A DNA stretch of 64,000 bases from contig OZ024763.1 of NCBI GenBank assembly GCA_964016885.1, positions 10,726,001 through 10,790,000 of the forward strand, read 5' to 3'. The notes beneath the pieces are model-generated. The model was not told the DNA's origin, did no database searches, and saw only the letters and a program-made list of their open reading frames with translations. The position numbers were made by a program, and so were the translations under genes. The stretch is from Eledone cirrhosa. Taxonomy: Eukaryota. This document shows, in pieces, positions 44,791 to 57,017 of this stretch; position 1 is the first letter of the stretch, and every line of letters starts with the position of its first letter.

Positions 44791-45684
44791 ATCATGGTGT
44801 AATATGAGAAAAGCACCCAACGTTATGCAACTCATCCATCTTTGATATTAAATCATGTTGGTGGTGCGGGAATGGAGTCAAATATATTATAAAGTGAAAT
44901 GACAGGAGGCCAAATATTTCCTTAATTTTTTATTTCTGCAAACACTATTCACATTTCAGTGGCCAGGTTGGGTCAGAACCCAGTGACCTCATCAGGTGTA
45001 AATTGCGTAATAGATGTATACCAACAGAATAATGGTAAACTTTAAGGAAACAAGTAAAGAAAAAACAGAGAGGAAAATGTTTGTCTTGGGTTTTGACCCA
45101 GAGACGGATGAAGTAGCATGCTGCCACCTTGCTCCCCCGTCTCTGAGTAATATATATGTATTGCCCCAGCATGGCCTCAGCCGGATGGCTGGAACAGGTA
45201 AAAGAGTAAATATAAATATATATATTTACACACACACACACACATATATGTATATATATATGTGTGTGTATATAAACAAAGACAACTACCCCAGGTGTTG
45301 TGGGTTCATAGCGTGACATATATGCTGCACTATATCCTCAATTTAGGATTGTTCAGGTGACATAGATGAGAATAGGTACCATGAGGTGGTACAGTTCACT
45401 ACTGTAACACCCCCCCCCCCCCCACCACATCTTACACTCCTTGTGAGTGGAGCTCAAGAGAGGGGTTGGCTCTACTTAGCTGAGTTGACCCTAGATAACA
45501 ATACATGGAGGTGAAGTGTTTTGTGGCGCCCTCTATGAACTATATGCTTATTTACTTAACACACATATATATATATACATACACATATATATATATATAT
45601 ATACATACACACATATATATAAACATATATATATATGTATACATACAAACATATATATACATACAAATATATATATATATATAC

Positions 45685-45725
<41 letters not shown>

Positions 45726-45814
45726 CAAACATATATAGATATACACACATATATATACATACACATATAAGTAGCTAGATATGTGTATGTGAAACCCTTT
45801 TATATGCATATATG

Positions 45815-45855
<41 letters not shown>

Positions 45856-46980
45856 GTGTGTGTATATGTGTATTTTATCTCATATATATATATGCATGTG
45901 TGTGTATATACACACACACACACATATGCACGTGTGTGTGTATATATATATATACACACACGTGCATATATATACATATATATATATGCACGTGTGTGTG
46001 TGTATATAAATACATATATATATATATGCACATGTGTATATATATAAATATATGCACGTGTGTGTATATGTGTATTTTATCTCAATGAGTAATCAAGTAG
46101 GTTTAAAGGTTCTTGAGTAGTACAGTTGTACAGGATATAGTGGTGGTGGTGGTGGTAGTAGTGGTGGTGGTGGTTTTGGTATCGGTGGTAGTAGTGATGG
46201 TGGTGGTGGTAGTAGTGATGGTGGTGGTGGTAGTAGTGTTGGTAGTAGTGGTAGTGGTAGTGGTGATGGTGGTGGTGGTGGTGGTAGTAGTGTTGGTAGT
46301 AGTGGTAGTGGTAGTGGTGATGGTGGTGGTGGTAGTAGTGTTGGTAGTAGTGGTAGTGGTAGTGGTGGTAGTAGTGTTGGTAGTAGTGGTAGTGGTAGTG
46401 GTGATGGTGGTGGTGGTAGTAGTGTTGGTAGTAGTGGTAGTGGTAGTGGTGGTAGTAGTGTTGGTAGTAGTAGTAGTGGTAGTGGTGATGGTGGTGGTGG
46501 TGGTCACTGTTCCTCAAAGATTATATTTCAAATTAGGCATCAGACTGACTTAATACAATCTAGACACTATATTTAAATAATAGCAACTATAAAATATATA
46601 GAATTATATATTTAAAAAAAAAATATTATAAAATTAAATCAAATTGTTTAGAACTACAAGTGAAGTCATTCTTTTCCTTTTTTAAAATATACCTAACTGT
46701 ACCAAGGATTTCACACATTTTTCTATATATATATCTGTCACCTCTGGACTATCATCATCATCATCATTTTACGTCCGCTTTTCCCTGCTTGCAAGGGTGG
46801 GATGGGTCTTATTCAGCACAGCATCCCTCCACTTGTCACGGTCCTTCGTCAACTCCACTGTGAGCTTCAGCGATCTGAGGTCTGTTCTCACCACATCCGC
46901 CCACGTTTTTTGTGGTCTACCTCTACCACGTCTTCCTTCAACTGTCATTTCCTGCCACTTCTTCACCCATCGATCATCCT

Positions 46981-47019
<39 letters not shown>

Positions 47020-47342
47020 GTATGAATCAAAGTTGTAGACATCATATAGCATGTTCTACTTGAGTTGTTTGAGGCAATCACAAAGCACTCAATAGAGCGA
47101 TATGTTAATACATTACTGACTACAGTAGACACCACAGTTATAAGGTGTGACACCAAGAAAAACGACTGAAGGCAGTAGCCATACTTATACCATAACTACG
47201 ATAAATAGAGAAAGGTTAGATCCTGAGTAATATCAGGGGGTAACCACAGTAAAAAAGATAGTCAATACATTAGTAGAGTGTAAGCATTGGTATTTAATAT
47301 AGACTAGAACTGTTTCATTCGCATAAAATCATCAGGACACTT

Positions 47343-47379
47343 CTGATGATTTCATATGAATGAAACAGTTCTGTAGAAG
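47343..47379 (+). ncRNA. Hammerhead ribozyme-like motif (inverted partner at ~47300-47335, minus)
   Basis: CTGATGA-tttcatatgaat-GAAA-cagttctg-TA. Stem III is ACAG/CTGT; stem I is weak. Confidence 0.45.
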
Positions 47380-47406
47380 CCATTTCTATATTAAATAATT
47401 ATATAT

Positions 47407-47950
47407 GGGTCATTCCATCTCAAATCACCCAGAGGGTCCCAGGTCACCCTCTCAGATCCCCCTGAAAAAATTCATAGAAGCTCCTGTACATATATGATGG
47501 AAAAATATCAATTATTAGGTTAATATCTTTGATAGTTTTGAAATTGTAGGCCTTTAAAATATTAATTAATTATACAATTTTTTCCGAACGAGATTACAAG
47601 ATTTAATTATAAAGTGGTGCTGTGTAAGCTTACAGAATGATTCCCACATGATATCAATGACATCTGCTGCAGTAGCTTCAAGTGATACAAGTGTTGTTCT
47701 ATCATTGTGCACCCATTGTTTATATTGAATCATACCACCTTCATGAAACTCTTGACTATTGAGCTACTCTTGTAATGCCTCTTTCCCAGGACACCATTCA
47801 CTGGCAAGCAACATGCTGTTTTATATCCATGCTTTATGAATAAGTTCATCCTGTACAAAGCGCTGACAACTGAATTTCTAAAAATTCACAACTCTGAAAA
47901 TTTGCATAGAATCAAAACCAACTACATCATGACTTTCTCTAACCCTGCCT
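47407..47950 (-). mobile_element. Sola2-like DNA transposon remnant
   Basis: Terminus gggtcattccatctcaaatcacc. The minus strand reads WCPGKE and IQYKQWVHNDRTTLV...FCKLTQHHFI, recalled as Sola2 transposase-like. Confidence 0.5.
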
Positions 47951-48340
47951 TGCATTCCTGAACATTTCATGCCTCTGATCCTCCCGACGCAGAACATGTG
48001 CAAACTTCTTCTTTTCTGACTCCCTCCTCACTAGAAACACTTGGCCTCCCTTCTGGCTAATTGGTACTGCTTTCTATCCCTGCCATTCCTCCATTTTCTC
48101 CAGACTTGTTTTTTTTGTTTTAATGGCTTTTTCTACCTTGTCACCTTCTGACTTGGTGGGACCTTGCTCCAGCTGTCGACCTGGCTTGTGGCTTCTCGTA
48201 GGTTGTCTCATAGAAGTTTCCAATTTTTCTCTATGTTATATCTCTCCAGCTCTTCTTCCTTACTGTTATAAATGGCAAGGGCGGTGCCCCAGGATGGCCT
48301 CAGCCGGATCGCTGAAACAGGTAAAAGAGTAAAAGAGTAA

Positions 48341-48590
48341 ACATCAAGAAGGATTTCTCTAAATTTGTAACTTATAGAGGGCTCTCTCAACTTCCAAGTC
48401 TTCCTTCTCCAGACTGGCTTTTGTGTCTTGGTCCACCTAGCTCTTACTCTAAGGTCACTAACAACTAATATATGTTGTGAGGTACATTCCTCTCCAGGGA
48501 AGGACTTGGTATTTTCAACCAACTGTTTGTCTCGTTTCCTGGTGAAGATGAAGTCTATTTGGCTTGTATGTCCCCTTGATTGCTAGTTAA
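48341..48590 (-). mobile_element. RTE endonuclease C-terminal fragment
   Basis: SQIDFIFTRKRDKQLVENTKSFPGEECTSQHILVVSDL. Confidence 0.75.
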
Positions 48591-48604
48591 TCAGGGGGTT
48601 GACT

Positions 48605-49484
48605 AGTTCTATAGTACAGGACTGACACCACCCCTGGTTCTATAGTACAAGACTGACACCACCCTTGGTTCTATAGTACAAGACTGACACCACCCCTGGT
48701 TCTATAGTACAAGACTGACACCACCCCTGGTTCTATGGTACAAGACTGACACCACCCCTGGTTCTATGGTACAAGACTGACACCACCCTTGGTTCTATAG
48801 TACAAGACTGACACCACCCCTGGTTCTATAGTACAAGACTGACACCACCCCTGGTTCTATGGTACAAGACTGACACCACCCTTGGTTCTATAGTACAAGA
48901 CTGACACCACCCCTGGTTCTATAGTACAAGACTGACACCACCCCTGGTTCTATAGTACAGGACTGACACCACCCCTGGTTCTATAGTACAGGATTGACAC
49001 CACCCCTGGTTCTATAGTACAGGATTGACACCACCCCTGGTTCTATAGTACAGGACTGACACCACCCCTGGTTCTATAGTACAAGACTGACACCACCCCT
49101 GGTTCTATGGTACAAGACTGACACCACCCCTGGTTCTATGGTACAAGACTGACACCACCCCTGGTTCTATGGTACAAGACTGACACCACCCCTGGTTCTA
49201 TGGTACAAGACTGACACCACCCTTGGTTCTATAGTACAGGACTGCCTGACACTACTCTTAGATCTATGGTACAGGACTGACACCACCCCTGGTTCTATAG
49301 TACAGGACTGACACCACCCCTGGTTCTATGGTACAAGACTGACACCACCCCTGGTTCTATGGTACAAGACTGACACCACCCTTGGTTCTATAGTACAGGA
49401 CTGCCTGACACTACTCTTAGATCTATAGTACAGGACTGACACCACCCCTGGTTCTATAGTACAGGACTGACACCACCCCTGGTT
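48605..49484 (+). repeat. 31-bp minisatellite, ~28 copies
   Basis: Unit ggttctatagtacaagactgacaccacccct. Confidence 0.92.
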
Positions 49485-49662
49485 ATGTGATACCAAACTC
49501 TTTATTTTAAACTGTTTATATTTCTAAAAAACTTTCATCATAATCATATGTAAGAAAGAACCTTTGTTAAGTTATGTTCCAAAAATTAATGTAATAATGA
49601 AAAAATTAGTTATAATACTAAATCACCATGAATTCATGATTATTTTATAAATTTTTTTGAGA

Positions 49663-50281
49663 TCATAGACAGTGTCTTTTATTAGTAATATGGTAATGAA
49701 ATGGTTAATGACATAGACAGTGTCTTTTATTAGTAATATGGTAATGAAAGGGTTAATGACATAGACAGTGTCTTTTATTAGTAATATGGTAATGAAAGGG
49801 TTAATGACATAGACAGTGTCTTTTATTAGTAATATGGTAATGAAAGGGTTAATGACATAGACAGTGTCTTTTATTAGTAATATGGTAATGAAAGGGTTTA
49901 TGACATAGACAGTGTCTTTTATTAGTAATATGGTAATGAAAGGGTTAATGACATAGACAGTGTCTTTTATTAGTAATATGGTAATGAAAGGGTTAATGAC
50001 ATAGACTGTCTTTTATTAGAAATATGGTAATGAAATGGTTAATGACATAGACAGTGTCTTTTATTAGTAATATGGTAATGAAATGGTTAATGACATAGAC
50101 AGTGTCTTTCATTAGTAATATGGTAATGAAAGGGTTAATGACATAGACAGTGTCTTTCATTAGAAATATGGTAATGAAAGGGTTCATGACATAGACAGTG
50201 TCTTTTATTAGAAATATGGAATGAAAAGGTTAATGACATAGACAGTGTCTTTTATTAGAAATATGTTAAGGAAAGGGTTAA
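49663..50281 (-). repeat. 48-bp minisatellite (reverse orientation), ~13 copies
   Basis: Reverse complement of the 9637-10283 unit, ending aaagggttaa. Confidence 0.92.
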
Positions 50282-50606
50282 TTAAATAACAAACAAAACA
50301 TTATAGTTAATTTCTTAACTTGTTTATTTTAATTTAATTTCAATAATTTTTTGTTTGGTTCAATTTTCAACTTTATTTTATTATCACAGATTGAGAATGT
50401 TCAAACTATGAAGAGTGGGCAATAGAAAGGAACAAATCAATAAATATATATGCATATATATGCATATATATAATGTATATATATGCATATATATATGTAT
50501 ATATAAATATATAATATATATTATACATATATATATATATATACATATATACATATATATATGTATATATATATACATATATATATATGTATATATATAT
50601 ATATAC

Positions 50607-50637
<31 letters not shown>

Positions 50638-50638
50638 C

Positions 50639-50682
<44 letters not shown>

Positions 50683-50714
50683 GTATATATATATATATAC
50701 ATATATATATGTAC

Positions 50715-50745
<31 letters not shown>

Positions 50746-50792
50746 TACATATATATATGTACATATATATATATGTATATATATATATATAC

Positions 50793-50823
<31 letters not shown>

Positions 50824-51414
50824 TCAATAAATATATATATATATATACATATATGTATATATATATATATCAATAAATATATATATACATATATGTATAT
50901 ATATATATGAATAAATATATATATATATATATCAATAAATATATATATATGTAGTATGCACACCACCCCTGTCCCACATAACAACATAAAGACACACAAA
51001 ACCCCAATTCCCCACCCCCCATACCAATGAAATAACCCAATGCTCAACTATTACACTGTACACACATATATCACTACATTTCACCGAAGCTAGATAACAA
51101 GGAAAAGTAAGATGATGCTAACACTAATATCAACACTTTAGGGAGGGGAGTCCCTCAATTTTATAATTTTAAAAAAGATTTTGAGTGGAGCGGGAAGCGT
51201 CTGTTATATATATATATATATAATTGTTTCTACTTTAGGCACAAGGCCAGCAATTACCCAGTGCATTACTGGTACTTTTTATATATATATATATATATAT
51301 ACTTTGTATATATATATATACTTTATATATATATATATACTATATATATATATATACTTTATATATATATATATACTATATATATATATATATACTTTAT
51401 ATATATATATACTT

Positions 51415-51454
<40 letters not shown>

Positions 51455-51495
51455 TAAATATATAAGATCAAAAGATGGTTAAAAGAGTTCCATGT

Positions 51496-51561
51496 ATTTT
51501 ATTATGTGCATTTCAAAAACAAATATCATGATATGACATTTGCGTTTTCGTCAGATAAAAT
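51496..51561 (-). ncRNA. Type I hammerhead ribozyme
   Basis: Minus strand reads attttat-CTGACGA-aaacgcaaatgtcat-atc-atgatatttgttttt-GAAA-tgcaca-TA-ataaaat. It has a 7-bp stem I, a long stem II and an intact core. Confidence 0.75.
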
Positions 51562-52605
51562 CGGGATACATGATATGAAATGCGCATAATAAAATACATG
51601 GAACTCTTTTAACCATCTTTTGACCTTATATTATTTATACTCCAGTCCTACAAACTGTAGAGTGCTACTTATCCGATATCTGCATTGCTTTATTGTACTA
51701 AAATAAAACTCACCTCCTACATATATATAGTAATAATAATAATAATATTATTTATACTTATATATATACACTATATATAATTATAAACAGGGTCGTCAAG
51801 TATGAAATTTGTAGAAATGTGTTTTTTTTTCTAGAAATTTCTACAAATGTCATACTTGACAACCCAATATATACGACCCCAATACGTCACTGGTACTTTA
51901 TTTTATCATCCTGAGGAGGATGAAAGGAGGCAGAGTTGACCGTGGTAGAATTTGAACCCGAAAGATCAAGAGCAAGAAGTAATACTGTGAAGCACTCTAC
52001 TGAGTTTGCCATATATAATGGTTCCTAGTTTAGGCAGAAGGCCAGCAAATATTAAGGAGAGGGGTAAGTCAAGTGTATTGACCCCAGGACATCACTGGTA
52101 CTTTATTTTATCAACACTGGAAGGATGGAAGGCAAAGTTGACCTCGGCAGGATTTGATCTCAGAATGTAGAAGATCACAACTAAATACCAGAGTTAAGTA
52201 TTTTGTGTGACACTCTACCAATTCTGTGTTTCTTTCCTACCTACACCTTAATAGAAATATCAAACAGCCAGATCAATAAACATTAACAGAAATACTTGTT
52301 AAATGTAGTTTATAGAATATGTACAAAAATGAAAAATATTTTGAAAACGCCTCTTTTTAAGTCCTCAACTAAAAGGGACTTTATACATATATATATACAC
52401 ATACATATATGTCTGGATATATATATACACGTACATATATGGATAGGTAGAAAGTCAGCCTATATTCTCAGGTAGGCCTATACCATCATATGTAGTGTAG
52501 TGACGACAAGAATAAAAAGTGAACTAATTGAAAATAATTATTCAACGAGGAGAAAGACGACATTAGCCTAATGACTAACATTATTTTAATCTGGTTTTTG
52601 ACAAG

Positions 52606-52661
52606 GGCAACAACTCCAAACATGTTTCAGTTTTATCAAACCTCCTCAGTAAAACATTGCC
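52606..52661 (-). ncRNA. Type I hammerhead ribozyme
   Basis: Minus strand reads ggcaatgtttta-CTGAGGA-ggttt-gata-aaact-GAAA-catg-TT-tggagttgttgcc. Stem III is palindromic; stem I is GU-rich. Confidence 0.65.
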
Positions 52662-53922
52662 TTCTCCATACTTACCAGATTAACTCTTAACATTCTCTAA
52701 TGATTTAGCAGAAAATATTTAAAAATGTGTTTGTTAATGAAATGTTTATAGTATCTTTACTAGTGGACAGATTGTTGTGAACATTTACAGTAAATACTTT
52801 AATATTTAATGTAATGTAGTTTGTGCAATTTTGTATTTTCAAGAATGTCTTGCTAATGTGACTTCATGTGGAAGGGGATGTTGTGTGTTAAAGATGAGAA
52901 GATCGCTATGTTGATATATAAAAGATGTACACAGTTGAAGGGAAAATTTATCATATACTTTTCTGGTATCACTGTCAGAAGATCAGGGATCTATTTCTAC
53001 TTAACACATGATGAGTCAAGAGCATGCAGAGTTAATCAAAATTTATGTACAAGCCCAAATACAAAATCAATGGCTATAGAGGCAACTGAACTCTGGACTT
53101 TATGAGTTTGCTAGTCCAGTTACACAATGATCTTACACACACAGTCAGCCATAATACTTCAACATCTACCAGAGACAGACAGACATGCACGCATATATAT
53201 ATACCATATATATTCATATTGAAGTCACATCTTTCCTTACAAAAATACATGACAAACCAGCATGTGACTTATCACCAGGACCTACAAAACCTCAGTTCAA
53301 AATATATGGTACATTGTAAATGTATGTAAAATGGAGGTGTGACTTATCTACTGGACTTACAACACCTCAGTTTAAGATATATGGTACACTGTAAATATTG
53401 TATTTGTCTGATGATCCTGTCAGTGTGTACAGCTGAAAGCTTAGTCATAATAAATGGTATATATATATAGAGAGAGATCTTTAAAGCGATGAAATACCAA
53501 TGAAGGCTGGAAGATCACTGATGAAGGACTAATTTTATTCATATGTAACTCATTTGCAACCACGCAGCACGCCATTTTTTCATATATTTATATATATTTA
53601 TATATATATAATGTTCATTCTGTCATTACAACAGCAGAGGTCCAATGAGCTTTTGATTCCAGAATCAGGCCAGATCAATACAGATCGAACCTTGAGCTGA
53701 TCAATAGCGAAACACACATCACCAATCAACAAACGTAATGAAGGCTTAACAAATTGTCTTTGTATTATCATATATATATATGCATACATATATATATATA
53801 TATATATATATACCGACATATACTTGTACATCTCCCTCTCTCTCTGTATATATATATATATATGAAGATGGACGTTAAATGATGATATCCCGTCTCCTCA
53901 ATCTATTTTATTTCTCATTCTT

Positions 53923-53958
53923 TCTTCTGATGAAGGACTAGCGTCCAAAACGTTAAGA
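53923..53958 (+). ncRNA. Degenerate minimal hammerhead (core GAAA mutated to AAAA)
   Basis: tctt-CTGATGA-a-ggac-tagc-gtcc-aAAA-cg-TT-aaga. Confidence 0.5.
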
Positions 53959-54095
53959 CTCTCTTCCTGCTATATCAAGTGTTAACCTAATATATACCTA
54001 CCATATACTGTACCGATTGTGTTGTTATTTCTGTTTACCTTTTACATACATACATACATACATATATATATATATTGTAAATCATCACAGTTTAG

Positions 54096-54226
54096 TGTTT
54101 CTGAGGAAGACGACCGATAGAACAGGGATTTCAAGACTAGAAATAGGTAGTAACTTAACCACTGCCATTCTAGTCTGTACATTGATCTCCACCGATCAAT
54201 GAACCCTCTGAAATGATTGTAAAACA
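54096..54226 (+). ncRNA. Type I hammerhead with a ~100-nt branched stem II insertion
   Basis: tgttt-CTGAGGA-aga...tct-GAAA-tgattg-TA-aaaca. The insert holds agactagaa/ttctagtct and cattgatc/gatcaatg hairpins. Confidence 0.55.
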
Positions 54227-54515
54227 ATGAATTAACTCTCTACCTACACCTGACTTCTGTTTTTATTGTTCTATGCACAAACACACACATATTTATGACT
54301 ATCTTACTCGTTTACCTGTCCCAGACGACTGAGGTAATGCTGTGACTCAGTAACATCATTTCTTTTTACTATAAACCCTAAGAGAAGACAATGAGCATGC
54401 TAATGCCCATTTTTCTGTTTTAGGGGCTTACAAACTCTGTTATTTTTAGACTATTTTCATAAATCAACTTATACCGCACAATATTTAAATTCCTCCATTA
54501 GCTAAACACGTGATG

Positions 54516-54564
<49 letters not shown>

Positions 54565-54624
54565 AATTAGTATTTTATTTCTCGCTCTAGCACAGCTGAT
54601 ACACAAATGTAAGTATGCATCCAT

Positions 54625-54669
<45 letters not shown>

Positions 54670-55345
54670 ACAAAGAAATTGTGGTAAGGAACCAGATGGA
54701 CCATAATTTGTCCAGAAATAACCGTTGAAACGGCTTGAGCTCTGCCTTCGGGGTCATACTTTTTCCTATATATATATATACATATTTATATATATATATA
54801 TATATATACATATTTATATATATATATATATACATATTTATATATATATATATTCTAAAAATATTTATCTCTTTTAATTTGAATTGTACATTAAGAGAAT
54901 ACTAATTTTACATTTTATGTGAAAAACAAGAAGAAAAAATAGGAGGTTGTGTAATTTGTGCGAATTGGCTTGGTTCTGAGAAGGACACTGAACATGTATA
55001 ACATAACATAACATAGTAAATATAGAGATGTAGATTATTGAGAAGGGAGGAGGATCTGAGAGGTGGGGGGGGGGGGGTTATAGATCACTGATGGGGTGTT
55101 ATAGGCTACTGAGAGGGGTGGGGGATTACAGATCTCCAGGAGAGAGGATTATACCATGCAGTGGGGTGAGACCACTGAGAGGGATGTTGGATTTATAGAC
55201 TGCAAGTGGTGGTGGTGGTGTGTGTGTGTGTGTGTGTGGGGGGGGGGGGGGTCAAAGCAGTTCTTTGACTTTTTACACCAAACATACACACACACACACA
55301 CTCTCAGTCATACACACACACACTCACTCTCACACACACACATCA

Positions 55346-55411
55346 TCAGTCATCCCTGAATTTAAAACCTGGAGGAATCCATCTCATTTCAGGTCTGACC
55401 ACATCCATTTC
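55346..55411 (-). CDS. Candidate microprotein, exon 2
   Basis: Long polypyrimidine tract and tag acceptor, then EMDVVRPEMRWIPPGFKFRDD*. A possible ATTAAA signal lies near 54875. Confidence 0.3.
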   Translation of the reverse strand, partial: EMDVVRPEMRWIPPGFKFRDD

Positions 55412-55524
55412 CTACGACAGAGACAGAGAGGGAGGGAGAGAGGGGAAAGAGAAGAGAGAATATCATAAAACATTCTATGACACTTTGTGGACTCTGCCAG
55501 CTTACTGCCTTAACACACACTCAA

Positions 55525-55568
<44 letters not shown>

Positions 55569-55656
55569 ATATTAGGAGGGTTATATCCGTAGTAGTAAAG
55601 CACTCAGTCCATGGGACGAGTTTGGTAGAAGTATTCCACAGCAGTTAGTTCACCAT

Positions 55657-55699
55657 ACCGAGAACAATTGTTTCACCTTGTTCGGATCATCAGCTTGGT
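55657..55699 (-). ncRNA. Type I hammerhead-like motif in a fold-back (mutated mirror copy at 55739-55781)
   Basis: accaag-CTGATGA-tcc-gaacaa-ggt-GAAA-caattg-TT-ctcggt. Confidence 0.55.
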
Positions 55700-55956
55700 T
55701 TAAATGAGGTTCTTTTTCCTTTTCCGTACCTCATTTAAACCAAGCTGATGATCCAAATAAGGTGATACAATTGTTCTCGGTAATGGTGAACTGCTGTGGA
55801 AATACTTCTCTCTCTCTATATATATATTTATCATCATCATCGTTTAACGTCCATTTTCCATGCTAGCATGGGTTCGACAAGTTGTCCCATTAGAGGCAAG
55901 TTGGGTCAGCTGACCATGTCTTGCTCATACACACACACACACATATATATATATAT

Positions 55957-56153
55957 GACAGTCAGCTGAAAAGTTCATAGGCTGATCAAGATACTCTCAT
56001 GGAATGACCAAATGAGGTTTGTTTTTCAACAAAATTCCTGGAAAAAAAACAAATCAGGTATCAATAAGAATTGAAATTAATGCATGCAAGATTTCACAGC
56101 TCTAGCATCACTCCTTCATAGTCTGCCTATGAACCTCTCAACCAACCCTCATG
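55957..56153 (+). mobile_element. Unexpanded mariner-type MITE (source of the 88-bp repeat)
   Basis: Degenerate termini gctgaaaagttcataggc / gcctatgaacctctcaacc around a single interrupted copy of the 88-bp unit. Confidence 0.7.
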
Positions 56154-56977
56154 TATATATACAAACAAATTGAAATGTAACTTAGCTACAGGACCTACAA
56201 AACCTCAATTTAAAATATATGGTACACTGTAAATGTTGTATGTAAAATGGAGGTGTGACTTAGCTACAGGACCTACAAAACCTCAACTGCAAATATATGA
56301 GATATGGTGTTTAATTCCTCACACCTCTTCTTACCCCCATTTCTGTCACCAGGGTTATTTTACTCAAGTTTCTCAACTATTATTTATAGTAGTCAACTAT
56401 TTTTATAGTCATTTGCCTTAGGACACACATGTCACATTTTACCAATGCTTCTTAAGTCATTAGCTTTGTTTAAACAAAAGAATAGCATAAAAACAAACAA
56501 AAAAAAACCCGTTTCCCAACTCCAAACCTAGTTAAGACGATTAGCACATGATAATCTGAATCTGAATGAAAGAACCCCTATAATAATAGGAGAAACAGAC
56601 AGATACTTATACACAGCATATTAGATATTGCACACGTATAAGGAAGAGAACTATCAATACAATAGAAACAACACTGCACATATCCAGGTGACACAGAGCT
56701 GGGTAATAGGAGCGCAGAATGGAAGCAAAATAAGACTAAAAACAATAAATAATTGTTTCTGATTTAGGCACAAGGCCAGCAATTTGGGGATAGGGGAAAG
56801 TCGATTAAATTGACCCCAGTGGATTACTGGTGCTTTATTTAATTGACCCCGTAAGGATGAAAGGCAAAGCTAACCTTGACGGCATTTGAACTCAGAATGT
56901 AAAGGGCCATATCTCTATGCTGCAATGCATGGTGTCTGACACTCTACTGATACTGCCAATCCATGATTTCTAATGCA

Positions 56978-57017
<40 letters not shown>

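Noticed and set aside
52671-52760. Strong minus-strand donor gtaagt as an extra exon end
   Set aside because: I found no convincing acceptor or coding frame upstream.
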